Counted from the stretch's first letter, positions 41,974 through 52,012 are shown. The stretch: 64,000 nt of DNA from Leptospira sp. (GCA_034439575.1 JAWXAQ010000012.1:96001-160000), one strand, 5' to 3'. Notes: generated by a model from the letters alone, not told the origin. Numbers and translations are program-made.

Positions 41974-42696
41974 TCAGGTATCGGAGTTTTTAGAAAATCC
42001 CTTAAGCGTTTTTTTTCTATGGTTGAGAAGAAAAACAAATTCTCCCTTGGCATTGGGCGGATTATTAGCTAAATCTGCCGGATTTGGGTAATATCTCAGT
42101 TCTTCGAAGGACTTAGTCAATTCTCGCCCCACAAGCACTTCGGTATTCGGGTAAAGCTCTAAAAGCAAAGGATAGAGCCTAGGCAATTTATGTACAGATT
42201 CGTAAAAAACAATAAGACCATCTATTTTTGTTGCCTCCTCTAATTCTTTTCGTTTTTTCGAAGGCTTTTCTGAAAGAAATCCTAAAAAAAGTGTAGGATT
42301 TACTTGAAATCCGCAAACTGATAGAATGGCGCTCAAGGCAGATGCCCCTGGAATCGGGACTATGGAAAATCCATTTTCCCTGACCACACGAACTACATGA
42401 GATCCAGGGTCAGATATCCCAGGTGTGCCTGCATCGGATACGAGAGCATATGACTTTCCCTCTTTTAAACCAGTGATCAGAGAATGGTAAGGTGTTTCCG
42501 AGGAATCCTTATATAAAGGCCAAGTTTGTTTCGAAATAGATAATTTTTGCAATAAACTACGCGTTTCACCTGCTGATTCACAAAGTATGGCATCCACAGA
42601 TGCTAAAATTTCTTTGGCACGGTCTGTCGTATCCCCTACATTTCCTATGGGAGTGGCAACAACGTAGAGTTTGCCTGGTTCAGATTTATGGGCCAA
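41974..42696 (-). CDS. rsmI: 16S rRNA C1402 2'-O-methyltransferase
   Basis: LYVVATPIGN, ALVSDAGTPGISDPG, PIPGASA, FYES, RELTKSFEE, KGEF. Confidence 0.95.
   Translation of the reverse strand: MAHKSEPGKLYVVATPIGNVGDTTDRAKEILASVDAILCESAGETRSLLQKLSISKQTWPLYKDSSETPYHSLITGLKEGKSYALVSDAGTPGISDPGSHVVRVVRENGFSIVPIPGASALSAILSVCGFQVNPTLFLGFLSEKPSKKRKELEEATKIDGLIVFYESVHKLPRLYPLLLELYPNTEVLVGRELTKSFEELRYYPNPADLANNPPNAKGEFVFLLNHRKKTLKGFSKNSDT
41978..42004 (-). promoter_or_regulatory. Putative sigma-28 (FliA) promoter of flgM, inside the 3' end of rsmI
   Basis: TAAG-N15-TCCGATAC versus consensus TAAA-N15-GCCGATAA; SD AGAGG follows. Confidence 0.7.
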
Positions 42697-43447
42697 TGAA
42701 TTGGCATCCTATTTGTTTCACACCTGATGGGCAAGGGCAACCAAGTGCTTCTTTCCCTGCTTGGAGGCATGGATTGCATGCGGTTCCCACAGGACAACTG
42801 GCAGGGCTTGCACAATTGGCCACAGAACAGGTCGTAGAATTACAGCCAGTACCGACTTGGCAAAGTGATAATGGGGCAATGCCAACGCCTGCGCCTTCTG
42901 CTTCATATCCGCCCGCACAGACAGACACAGGAGCCGAAGGATTAGATATGAGACCATTGGCAAGAAAGGCCCGCATCGTAAAGTTGTAAACCTGGCATTT
43001 TTGGAACGGATATGTGCCTGGGGGAGGCACTTGGTAACGGATTCGTTTGGTGATGATATTTCGTGAATCTGTAGAATTCTGAAAGGGCAGGTGCGGAAAA
43101 CTAGGCTGAACCCCATCTTCTAGCCATTCGCCACTTACTGTTTGAATGATCGAGGGAGTTGCCGTCGTGACATATAAATTATAACCCAAGAATTGAGATT
43201 CTCTATTGGTTACATAATAACGGATCAAAAATTCAGGTCTTGGACTGATCGTATAATCAGTGACATTTGTTTGGAAATTGTCAGTTATGTTGTTATTTAC
43301 AGCAACCACGGTCAAAATTTGGGGAACCCCCGCTGGCACCAAAAATATAAAAGGTGCAACGGGTGTATCGGTATTCGTTCCACATTGAAAAAGTGAGAGA
43401 AAAGAAAGGCCGATCAGATAGATTGGATGAAGGAGGGTTCGCCGCAT
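42686..43447 (-). CDS. Putative lipoprotein with Cys-rich C-terminal domain
   Basis: Signal ending LFQC; 10 Cys in the last 58 aa; SD GGGAGG upstream. Confidence 0.75.
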   Translation of the reverse strand: MRRTLLHPIYLIGLSFLSLFQCGTNTDTPVAPFIFLVPAGVPQILTVVAVNNNITDNFQTNVTDYTISPRPEFLIRYYVTNRESQFLGYNLYVTTATPSIIQTVSGEWLEDGVQPSFPHLPFQNSTDSRNIITKRIRYQVPPPGTYPFQKCQVYNFTMRAFLANGLISNPSAPVSVCAGGYEAEGAGVGIAPLSLCQVGTGCNSTTCSVANCASPASCPVGTACNPCLQAGKEALGCPCPSGVKQIGCQFIGP

Positions 43448-43487
43448 TGAAAAAAGCTTCCCTCCCAAGATTTTAGGAATTCAATCT

Positions 43488-44186
43488 ATGGGAATCCAAA
43501 AAAAAATACTATTTAGCGCTTTGGCGCTCTTAACCTTATTTTTTATCATCCTTCTCCTCACCTTTACTGGCGGGTCAGAGGAAGAAAAAAGAAAAAAAGA
43601 CAAAAATTCGAAGGCTCTTTCTTACCTTTTACAAGGTGGATCAGGAGAAAAAAATCGCAATAACCCGCTTGGTGTGCGAGATGAAAATGCTGATTCTATT
43701 TTTGACTCTGATTATTTTAAATCAGGTGCCATGAAATATGAAGAGGAAGTGGCATCTGCATCAAGTGGCCAAGAAGGGGAAATTCCGATCAATCCTGCGA
43801 CTGGAAAACCTTACCCACCAGAAGCAATGGAATCTTTCGATGAACTTCGTGAGTTATTTCCAGACAATGATTTAATCCCAAAGCGTTTGACTCCTGAATT
43901 AAAAGCAAAACAAGAACAATTCTCTCAAAAACTAACGCAAGCCACAAATACAGTGTTTGGTGGTAGTGCCACAGCACCTGACATTCAATTTTATTATAAT
44001 CATGTGAAAAAGCAAGGCAATGATCGTATGGAAATCATTAATTATTTGATTGAAAGCCAAGGTGGGGATGATCCTGAAATGGATAAAAAATTTCAGGAAA
44101 TCTTAACGAATATCAAATACCAAAATGACCAAGTGGATAAGGAAATGGCGCAAGCCTACCAACGAGCAGGTCTACCCCCTCCTTAA
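43488..44186 (+). CDS. Membrane-anchored hypothetical protein
   Basis: N-terminal TM followed by a helical soluble domain. Confidence 0.7.
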   Translation: MGIQKKILFSALALLTLFFIILLLTFTGGSEEEKRKKDKNSKALSYLLQGGSGEKNRNNPLGVRDENADSIFDSDYFKSGAMKYEEEVASASSGQEGEIPINPATGKPYPPEAMESFDELRELFPDNDLIPKRLTPELKAKQEQFSQKLTQATNTVFGGSATAPDIQFYYNHVKKQGNDRMEIINYLIESQGGDDPEMDKKFQEILTNIKYQNDQVDKEMAQAYQRAGLPPP

Positions 44187-44188
44187 AT

Positions 44189-46135
44189 TCAAAATCCTCC
44201 CGATAGGATCGGATAACGGTAGCTAGTTTTGGGATCTAAGCCATAAGTATCTAAGTGGAATGAGGGAGGGAGCCTTTCTCGTTTCCACTGAGATGCACCA
44301 AACAAACGTATGAATTTGTTGACTTGAAATTCTAAATAACTTTCTTCTAAGTCTGGAAAATCTATATGAAGACGAAGCAAACATTCTTCTTTGTCGATAC
44401 CTATTGCCACAAAGTAAAATTCTATTTTTTGTAATAAAGGGTAGGGCATTAAGTCTTTTTCATCTTCTTGTTTTTCAGAAAGGGGTCTTAATTCAGCGGT
44501 AGGTTTAGTTTCACGAAGTAACCTCAAACTTTCTTTATGGCTTATGTATTTATTTTTGCCTGCTTGTATGTCATCGATCCAGGCGAGTAAAAATTCTTTA
44601 CTTACCCCACTGATAGGACAAATAGAGCCTGACGCGTCCCCGTCCATTGTCGTATAACCAACGCTTGCTTCACTTCTGTTTCCAGTAGATAATAAAAGAT
44701 GCGAATTTAGATTGGCAAGTAACCAAATCAGTGGAGACCTAACTCTTGCTTGAATGTTTTGTAAAGCTAAGTCATCTGTTTCCCAGTTTAATTTTCGATT
44801 TTGGGTGGATTCAATTAGCGAAACAGCAAGTGATACAGAACTATCAATGCTGATATTGTGATGTTCGGTATTTAACTCTTGAGTGAGTAAGGTAGCAATT
44901 TCTTCTGTGATGTTTGAATTGTTTTCTGTCTTTTGGTAAAGGGTGACTAGAATTTTATTTTCTTTTATTCCTAATGACTCAAATGAATTCTCACCAAATT
45001 CTTGTTTTACGAATCTTTTCATGGAATCTACAAGCAGTGCGCAAGCAGCACTATCTGCACCACCAGATAAGGATAAAGTATAACCTTTGGTTTTAGATTT
45101 TATCAAATAATCATATAATCCGAGAGATACTGCCTTGGTAAAATCTTCATAGAGTGATTGGGGGGCCGGTATTGAAGAAAGGTTTTGTTTCCCGTTTTTT
45201 ACACGCATGTCCAAAATTTTTAAACCAGGGATCTCTTCTGGAATTCGAATGACCGGAATCTGTGTTAGGCTGTGGCTACTCGGCAAACTTCTTTTTTCTT
45301 TGGCTCGCAATGATCGAATTTCAGAGATGGACACGTTTTGTGAAATGATCGAATAGGGAGAAAAAAATAGGCGTTGTCCTTCTTTTGTGACTTCACCCCG
45401 ATTACAAAAAAATGCGCCACCTTCGTAAATCGCACGCCCTGATTCATTGCCACATAAATTTGTAAATACAGTCACAATTTGGTTTGTGCGGCTAGTTTCT
45501 TGGAAGATACGAAATCGCACTTCTCTTTTTCCCATGGAAAAATGAGAAGCACCTGGTGAGAATAAAATATCTAAGCCTTGTTCAGCGTATTGGTGAGAGG
45601 CACGTTTTGTCACCCACGAATCTTCACAAATTTCTATGGCAAACCTAACTCCTAATTTTTCAAAAATAAAATGCCCAAATGGTATAGGTTTAATGGAATT
45701 TCCATTAGGTGTCGAAATCGGATAATACGTATCTGAAATAAATTCATGTGTTGATTGAAACCATCTTTTTTCATAATGTATTCCCGTGTTTGCTAGATTA
45801 AGCTTGGGAACTAGCCCAATGATTTCTGAATTTGAAATGACAGCAGAACAGTTGTACAATGAAGATCCATGAAAGATCGGTAAACCCACAATGACAGTCT
45901 TGTTTTTGCTAAAGGGAAGAATTTTAGTTAAGGATGCCCATGATCTTTGCCATACAGATTCTTTATAAAATGCATCTTCACAACCATAACCTGATATACA
46001 CAACTCAGGAAAAAGCACCATATCTGCGGATAACACTTCATCGGATTTGAGTGCCTCAATGATTAGATTTGTATTTCCTGAAAAATCAAGTGGAGTTGTG
46101 TTGAGTGAGACAGCAGAAATATTAATTGAGAGCAT
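44189..46135 (-). CDS. nadE: Glutamine-dependent NAD(+) synthetase
   Basis: Nitrilase domain (FPEL, YEKRWF, EICED) plus synthetase (LSGGADS, QNIQARVR, TGNRSE, PTAEL, QWKR). Confidence 0.95.
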   Translation of the reverse strand: MLSINISAVSLNTTPLDFSGNTNLIIEALKSDEVLSADMVLFPELCISGYGCEDAFYKESVWQRSWASLTKILPFSKNKTVIVGLPIFHGSSLYNCSAVISNSEIIGLVPKLNLANTGIHYEKRWFQSTHEFISDTYYPISTPNGNSIKPIPFGHFIFEKLGVRFAIEICEDSWVTKRASHQYAEQGLDILFSPGASHFSMGKREVRFRIFQETSRTNQIVTVFTNLCGNESGRAIYEGGAFFCNRGEVTKEGQRLFFSPYSIISQNVSISEIRSLRAKEKRSLPSSHSLTQIPVIRIPEEIPGLKILDMRVKNGKQNLSSIPAPQSLYEDFTKAVSLGLYDYLIKSKTKGYTLSLSGGADSAACALLVDSMKRFVKQEFGENSFESLGIKENKILVTLYQKTENNSNITEEIATLLTQELNTEHHNISIDSSVSLAVSLIESTQNRKLNWETDDLALQNIQARVRSPLIWLLANLNSHLLLSTGNRSEASVGYTTMDGDASGSICPISGVSKEFLLAWIDDIQAGKNKYISHKESLRLLRETKPTAELRPLSEKQEDEKDLMPYPLLQKIEFYFVAIGIDKEECLLRLHIDFPDLEESYLEFQVNKFIRLFGASQWKRERLPPSFHLDTYGLDPKTSYRYPILSGGF

Positions 46136-47420
46136 CGGAAAAGACCTTTAGGTAAATCCTTAGCGATGCCCCCATATTATCCAGCACAAACTTTCGATTT
46201 TTCTCCCCAATTTGTCGTGTTTTATCCATCGAAGATAAAAGCTCAATCAAATGGTTGTTATATTCTTCATTATTTTGTGCAATAAATACGCCACCTAATT
46301 TATGCATTACGATGGCTTCGGGAGAACTAAATATTTTGGGGCCACATAGAATTGGTAATCCAAAGGCAGCAGGTTCTATTGTATTGTGGATTCTATGATG
46401 GAACCCTCCGCCGATGTAGGCGAATAGTGCATATTTATACGCGAAGGCAAGGATTCCCATTTCATCAAAAAGAATAAATCTTGGGAAGGTTTGATTTTTA
46501 TCTGTAAGTATTTGAGAGTATGTTTTTACAGAACCAAACTTAGAAAGTTTTGTGATAAGAGACTCTGCTCTTAGCGTATCCCATTTGTGTGGGAAGATCC
46601 AAAATTGAGTCTCTAAGTATGTTTCACTCTCCTTTGATTCCAAAAATTGTAAAAAATAAGATTCGCAAATGGGATATGTCGAACCAAGCAACATAATTTT
46701 TGCACTTTTTAAATCAGTAGAGTAACGAGATTCAAAAGTGGAAAAGGAAATTGGTGGAGTTCCCGAATTGATTCGGTTTAAGACAGTATCAAACCTAGTA
46801 TCACCTAATGCGGATAATACTTTACTTTTTCCTACCAAGTCTTGAAATAGTGGCAATAATATTTCATGGGAAACATATATTCCATCAAAATAAGAAAAAA
46901 TTTTAGATGTAAATTTTTTAGCAAATCCTTTGATGCGTCCTGAATTTGCTGAGAGAGTGGCACAAGCAAGGTAGACTTTGGCCCCAAATTTTTTCCAATT
47001 ACGAATTAGATTTGGCCAAGTGTCCCAGGCTAATATCACACAAATATCAGGCTTATATTTTTTTAGAATTTCAGAATAAGCAAAAGGGAAATCAAAAGGT
47101 AGAATGAATGTTAAGTCAAAATTTTGATCCGATAAATGTTTCTCTGTTACACTATCCGAATAGTAAGATTGGATGATAAAATTATCAGTAGATTTTTCTT
47201 TAATCACTTTTGCCAGAGCTCGTGCTTGGTCGAGTTCACCAACAGAGGCGGAATGAAGCCAGATAACTTTCTTTTTGCCTTTTTCAAAATGGAGGGCTAG
47301 TATTCTTTTTTTGTCTAATTTTCGTTTGGTGACAATTCTCTTTAGTTTTGGGATAATTAAATATAAAAAATAGAATAAGGGAAATAATATAAAAAGAAGT
47401 AAGTTATAAAAAAAATACAT
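46122..47420 (-). CDS. waaA: 3-deoxy-D-manno-octulosonic acid (Kdo) transferase
   Basis: WLHSASVGE, LPFD, GDTRFD, GST, MGIL, GGGF..HNTIEPAAFG. Confidence 0.92.
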   Translation of the reverse strand: MYFFYNLLLFILFPLFYFLYLIIPKLKRIVTKRKLDKKRILALHFEKGKKKVIWLHSASVGELDQARALAKVIKEKSTDNFIIQSYYSDSVTEKHLSDQNFDLTFILPFDFPFAYSEILKKYKPDICVILAWDTWPNLIRNWKKFGAKVYLACATLSANSGRIKGFAKKFTSKIFSYFDGIYVSHEILLPLFQDLVGKSKVLSALGDTRFDTVLNRINSGTPPISFSTFESRYSTDLKSAKIMLLGSTYPICESYFLQFLESKESETYLETQFWIFPHKWDTLRAESLITKLSKFGSVKTYSQILTDKNQTFPRFILFDEMGILAFAYKYALFAYIGGGFHHRIHNTIEPAAFGLPILCGPKIFSSPEAIVMHKLGGVFIAQNNEEYNNHLIELLSSMDKTRQIGEKNRKFVLDNMGASLRIYLKVFSDALN

Positions 47421-47422
47421 CT

Positions 47423-48178
47423 TTAATTTTTTTTGCCCCAGTTGTCTTGGATGTCAGCACCTGGATAAGTAAATGTAGAAGTATCCAATAAAAATGTTAA
47501 ATTATCAAAATACAAATGGAAGGCACCTTTTTTTTGTGTGGGTCTTGTTGCTAAATGAAATCCTTTTACAGAAATGGGAATCGATAACGATTGAATGAGT
47601 TTCGCATTTAAGTGCGGTAAGTTGATCGGTACTTCGAGTCTCCTCCAACCAAAAAAGTTAAGGAGTCCTAAGGGAAGATGTATGTCTTTGGATTTTTTTT
47701 GGGAAACCAATAAATCCAATGTGATATGATGGCCTTCCGAAAAAACCCAAATGGTCGCTTGGATGGGCAATCCAACAGGCAATAACAAAGGTTCGTTTGG
47801 ACGAATGTCCCAATGATCAAGTTTGGGATTTTCAACATAAGTTTGAATTAAAAAAGAATTTTGGTATTGGATATTTGGATAACCATTGTTACGGTATAAT
47901 TCTTTTTCTGAAGGGATGGCGGATGAGTTTGGGATACTTGCCGCGAATTCAGTATGATTTAAAAAAGAATCCGAACGATAAAAACTCCAAGGCCTTCCTC
48001 CTTCAAAATCTTCTGCTAAGAATAAGACATAATTTTTCTCTCTTTCTAGTGTTTTTTGAAGGATAGCAATTCGTCCTTCTTCGTCCAGGTCTGTGGGACG
48101 AGGAGCAGTTTGTATGTCCAGAATAATATGAAATGTAATTAAAAAAATAAGGAGTGATTTTTTTTTATCTGAGATCAT
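47423..48178 (-). CDS. FlaA-like (flagellar filament outer-layer) domain exported protein
   Basis: Signal peptide, EDFE, IWV, LGLLNFFGWRRLEVPI, YFDNL and DNW end resemble spirochaetal FlaA. Confidence 0.6.
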   Translation of the reverse strand: MISDKKKSLLIFLITFHIILDIQTAPRPTDLDEEGRIAILQKTLEREKNYVLFLAEDFEGGRPWSFYRSDSFLNHTEFAASIPNSSAIPSEKELYRNNGYPNIQYQNSFLIQTYVENPKLDHWDIRPNEPLLLPVGLPIQATIWVFSEGHHITLDLLVSQKKSKDIHLPLGLLNFFGWRRLEVPINLPHLNAKLIQSLSIPISVKGFHLATRPTQKKGAFHLYFDNLTFLLDTSTFTYPGADIQDNWGKKN

Positions 48179-48256
48179 TTCTAAATTGCATAAGGACGAG
48201 AAGCTGCCATCCTCTTATTAGTAACGGTTATTTTAAAGAAGGGTAAAGTCTTTTCT

Positions 48257-48997
48257 ATGGGCAGACAGGACAATATAAAAATTTTCACAACAGCGCTTCT
48301 CGTAGTGCTACTATTATCTTCTTTTATTTTTGGGTTTGTTTACCGTAATGAAATCTACCAAAAGATTCAGGTAATGACAAAATCAAGTCCAATGAGTCCA
48401 GCGGAAAGAATCATCGAAAAAGAACCGGCATGGACGGCGCCCACAGAATTAAAAACTGACGAACTCACAAAAAAAGATCCATTAAGTAGCGAAACAGAAA
48501 AAAAGAATGAACGCGCCGACATACCAGCATTAGATGAGATGGAAGCTGATATCAATACTCCTGGTTCAAAATCTGTATCTGTGACAAATGTTCAATCAAA
48601 CAAAAAAGAAAAAAAAGAAACAGTCGATCCGATAGCTGAAACGAAAGAAATAATTAAAACTGACTTCACTAAAACAGAAAGTAAAAAATCGAACCTTAGT
48701 ACAAAATCGATTACAAAAAAACAAACGACGATAAAACAAAAAGTTAAAAAAGAAACAAATCGTCTTTCAAACCGAACAAATCTCAAAGTTAAAAAATCAA
48801 GTCCGATCAAAACAGCTAAATTAAAAACCAATGATGCAAACAAACAAACGAGCACTTCAAAATCAGATTCTAGTTTAGAAGCACGTATGCAAGCCATCGA
48901 ATCCAAGTTTGTATTGCAAAACCAAAAAAATGACACACGTTTTGCGGAGATTGAAAAACGAATTGATAAATTGGAAAAATCTTTGGGTTCAAATTAG
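48257..48997 (+). CDS. Membrane-anchored hypothetical protein with Lys/Thr-rich linker and C-terminal coiled coil
   Basis: N-terminal TM, low-complexity centre, heptad-like LEARMQAIE...IEKRIDKLEK. Confidence 0.75.
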   Translation: MGRQDNIKIFTTALLVVLLLSSFIFGFVYRNEIYQKIQVMTKSSPMSPAERIIEKEPAWTAPTELKTDELTKKDPLSSETEKKNERADIPALDEMEADINTPGSKSVSVTNVQSNKKEKKETVDPIAETKEIIKTDFTKTESKKSNLSTKSITKKQTTIKQKVKKETNRLSNRTNLKVKKSSPIKTAKLKTNDANKQTSTSKSDSSLEARMQAIESKFVLQNQKNDTRFAEIEKRIDKLEKSLGSN

Positions 48998-48999
48998 AA

Positions 49000-49689
49000 T
49001 TGCCTTCTTATGCCTCTACCTACTTCGGGATTGAAAATAATCTAAAAACCTCTTTTCCTGGAAGAGAATTTACTCTTATTGCCGTATCAAAAACAAAACC
49101 TTATGAAGTGATTCGCGAGGCCTATTTACAGGGCATTCGAGTGTTTGGTGAAAATTATATCCCCGAAGCCATTGAGAAATTTACTAAATTGCGAGAAGAA
49201 TTTCCTGAGGCAAAGGATACAGTTTTCCTACACCATATTGGCCCAACACAATCTGGAACCTTGCGGAAGTTATTTGGAGTATTCCAATTCACACATGGTG
49301 TTGGATCTTTTTCTACTTTAAAGGAACTATTGAAGAGGGCAAATAAAGAAAAAATTCAAATCGCATACTTTTTCCAAGTCAATATAACTTCCGAAGAGAC
49401 AAAACATGGATTATCCATCTCCGACTTAATCAACCAAAAAGGTGAAATGCAAACTTGGGAAAATGAATACTGTCGTTTCGAAGGTTTTATGGGAATGGGA
49501 CCAAGTGATGGCTCGGAAATCCAGACGAAAGAGGCATTTGCAAAATTGGCAAACTTAAGAGACGAACATTTTCCAAATAAAAAACTCTCGATGGGAATGA
49601 GTGGAGATTTTGAATGGGCGATGGAATTCCGTTCCGATTATTTGAGAATTGGTTCCTTAATTTTTGGAGATAGATCTTATGCTGGATAA
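49000..49689 (+). CDS. yggS: Pyridoxal phosphate homeostasis protein
   Basis: LIAVSKT, FGENY, HIG, SMGMSGDF, RIGSLIFG; next to proC. Confidence 0.93.
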   Translation: MPSYASTYFGIENNLKTSFPGREFTLIAVSKTKPYEVIREAYLQGIRVFGENYIPEAIEKFTKLREEFPEAKDTVFLHHIGPTQSGTLRKLFGVFQFTHGVGSFSTLKELLKRANKEKIQIAYFFQVNITSEETKHGLSISDLINQKGEMQTWENEYCRFEGFMGMGPSDGSEIQTKEAFAKLANLRDEHFPNKKLSMGMSGDFEWAMEFRSDYLRIGSLIFGDRSYAG

Positions 49690-50461
49690 AGTAGGTGTTG
49701 TAGGGCTCGGGAAAATGGGTGCGGCGATCGCTATTGGCATTCATGCGATTACAAAAAAAACAGTTTCTGGTTATGATCCATTTGCCAAATCTCACTTACC
49801 AGGCGTTGATTATAAGGCGAGTTTACTTGCTTTAGAAGAAAGTGCTGATATAATTATTCTCGCTGTTAAACCGCATGATATCGCTAAGGTGATATCCGAA
49901 TTCCAAAAACCAAAAATTTTCCTATCCATTGCCGCTGGTATTCCTATATCTCTTATGCAAAGTGTCGCCCAAGAGGGAAGTCAAATTGTAAGACTGATGC
50001 CAAATCTTCCTCTTGTTGTCGGCCGAGGTGCGATCGGATATTATACAGAATCAAACTTACATGAATTAATTTTAGAATTATTTTCTGGACTAGGTACAGT
50101 TGTTCGTCTCGACAAAGAGTCGTTACTTGATGCAGTGACAGGTTTATCGGGATCTGGACCTGCCTATGTACTAACATTTTTACATGCATTAGCCGAAGGT
50201 GGATTGAAAGAAGGTCTTACCTATAATCAAAGTTTGGATTTGGCTATGGAAACAATGGCCGGAACTATAGAATACTTTCGTAAACTCAAAGAGACAGATA
50301 AAGACCTTCATCCTATGGAGATGCGCAATTGGGTGACTTCCCCTGGTGGCACAACCATTCATGGGCTGGATGCACTGGAGCGGGGTGGATTATCGACTGC
50401 AGTGAGAGATGCTGTGGCAAGTGCCACACTTCGAAGTAAGGAATTAGGAAAAAAGGGATGA
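49679..50461 (+). CDS. proC: Pyrroline-5-carboxylate reductase
   Basis: GLGKMG, LAVKP, SIAAGI, RLMPN, TGLSGSGPAY, VTSPGGTT. Confidence 0.96.
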   Translation: MLDKVGVVGLGKMGAAIAIGIHAITKKTVSGYDPFAKSHLPGVDYKASLLALEESADIIILAVKPHDIAKVISEFQKPKIFLSIAAGIPISLMQSVAQEGSQIVRLMPNLPLVVGRGAIGYYTESNLHELILELFSGLGTVVRLDKESLLDAVTGLSGSGPAYVLTFLHALAEGGLKEGLTYNQSLDLAMETMAGTIEYFRKLKETDKDLHPMEMRNWVTSPGGTTIHGLDALERGGLSTAVRDAVASATLRSKELGKKG

Positions 50462-50467
50462 TGACGG

Positions 50468-50544
<77 letters not shown>

Positions 50545-50553
50545 AAATACCAC

Positions 50554-50579
50554 ATTCTACGAACCCCATTTATTGTCAA
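50554..50579 (-). promoter_or_regulatory. Putative sigma-70 promoter of tRNA-fMet
   Basis: TTGACA (50579-50574) and TAGAAT (50559-50554), with an unusual 14-nt spacer. Confidence 0.45.
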
Positions 50580-50709
50580 TGTTTTATAGGATAAATCTTT
50601 CCTAATTATTGGGACCGCTTAAAATTTATACAAGTCCCTAAAATCTTACTTTACATCCCTTAGAAAGCAGTTCTTTCTATTCTCTGAATCAAGGTGCGGG
50701 CGGTGTTCT

Positions 50710-51765
50710 TTGTCCATTAAAGAAAATACAGACATAGTATTCGAACATTACGAAAAAAAAATTTATGACCAGAAGCAGCTGCTAGAGATTTCAAGGGCAT
50801 TAAACTCCACTCTTGATTACAAATATCTTATTGATGCCATTTTAAATATTTGCTTAGCACAGTTACAAACTTTACATGCAGCTATGTACTTAGAGCCAGA
50901 GATTGATTTGGGTCTATTTAAACTTGAGCCTCAGTCGACCAAAGGTTTTGAATTAACTCCAGAAGATCATAATTATGAAATAAAGATGGATACTTCACTC
51001 ATCCATTATTTTGAAGAAAAACCAAAAGCCATCACAATGACGCAGATTTTAAAAGTCGATAGCGTCAAAGATTCAAAAGATCTTGATTACTTGCGTAAGT
51101 TAGGTGCCGAAATATTGGTACCTTTGAATGCAAAGGGTAAAGTGAACGGATTACTTGTACTTGGTGAAAAAATGACTTCCGAAGAATTTTTGGAAGATGA
51201 AAAAGAATTTATGACAACGCTTGCTAATTTAGCAGGCATTGCTGTCGACAATGCAAGGTTATACGAACTTGCAACTGTTGATATGATGACTGGTTTAAAA
51301 ATTCACCATTATTTTCAAACAAAATTGAAAGAAGAGATGGATCGTTGCCGTAAAAAGGGAACAAAGTTATCATTACTTTTTACAGATATAGATAAGTTTA
51401 AAGTTTTTAATGATACCTATGGTCACCAAGCAGGTGACGTGGTATTGATTGAAGTCGCTAAACAATTGATAAATGCCGCTCTTAGACACCATATCCCGGC
51501 TAGATACGGTGGGGAAGAATTTTGCCTAGTGATGCCTGGAGCTTCAGAAGAGGAAGCCTTCGCAAAGGGTGAAGAAATTCGAAATGCAGTAGAAGCCATG
51601 GTTGTCAAAAATGATGGTGTGGATTTGAAAGTGACTTTATCCGTTGGGATATCGTCCTTTCGGCCGAGCGACAGAAACAATAAGGATCTGATAGAACGGG
51701 CAGACAAGGCACTGTATCAGGCAAAACATTCCGGGCGAAATCGAACAATTTGCTTTAAAGAATAA
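50710..51765 (+). CDS. GAF-GGDEF diguanylate cyclase
   Basis: GAF (VPLNAKGKVNGLLVLG, AVDNARLY), DMMTGL, DIDKFKVFNDTYGHQAGD, RYGGEEF, ADKALYQAKHSGRN. Confidence 0.94.
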   Translation: MSIKENTDIVFEHYEKKIYDQKQLLEISRALNSTLDYKYLIDAILNICLAQLQTLHAAMYLEPEIDLGLFKLEPQSTKGFELTPEDHNYEIKMDTSLIHYFEEKPKAITMTQILKVDSVKDSKDLDYLRKLGAEILVPLNAKGKVNGLLVLGEKMTSEEFLEDEKEFMTTLANLAGIAVDNARLYELATVDMMTGLKIHHYFQTKLKEEMDRCRKKGTKLSLLFTDIDKFKVFNDTYGHQAGDVVLIEVAKQLINAALRHHIPARYGGEEFCLVMPGASEEEAFAKGEEIRNAVEAMVVKNDGVDLKVTLSVGISSFRPSDRNNKDLIERADKALYQAKHSGRNRTICFKE

Positions 51766-51787
51766 GGTTTTTGCCGATGGAAATGGT

Positions 51788-52012
51788 ATGGCAGAAGCAA
51801 TTTCCATCTTACAGGTTTCCCCCGAAAATCAAAATACTGTTCTTGCGTCCATTCGCGACAGAGCACTGGGTCTACATTCCTTTAATTTTCAACCTTATTC
51901 TTGTTTTATTGAGTATAAATCAAGGGATCAAAAAACGGGTATCGAATACAGGGATTGTATTGTAGATTATACCCGATGCCCAAATCAGAATTGTATCAAA
52001 AAACTTGTTTAA
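51788..52012 (+). CDS. Small hypothetical protein
   Basis: 74-aa ORF with ATG and 4 Cys filling the gap between genes. Confidence 0.45.
   Translation: MAEAISILQVSPENQNTVLASIRDRALGLHSFNFQPYSCFIEYKSRDQKTGIEYRDCIVDYTRCPNQNCIKKLV

Noticed and set aside
42600-43116. Alternative-frame ORFs 42600-42989(+) and 42718-43116(-)
   Set aside because: Shadows of the locally GC-richer Cys-rich lipoprotein gene, with no recognisable motifs
48158-48166. T9 homopolymer near the start of the FlaA-like gene as a phase-variation tract
   Set aside because: Runs of 8-9 A/T are common throughout this AT-rich window and the frame is intact
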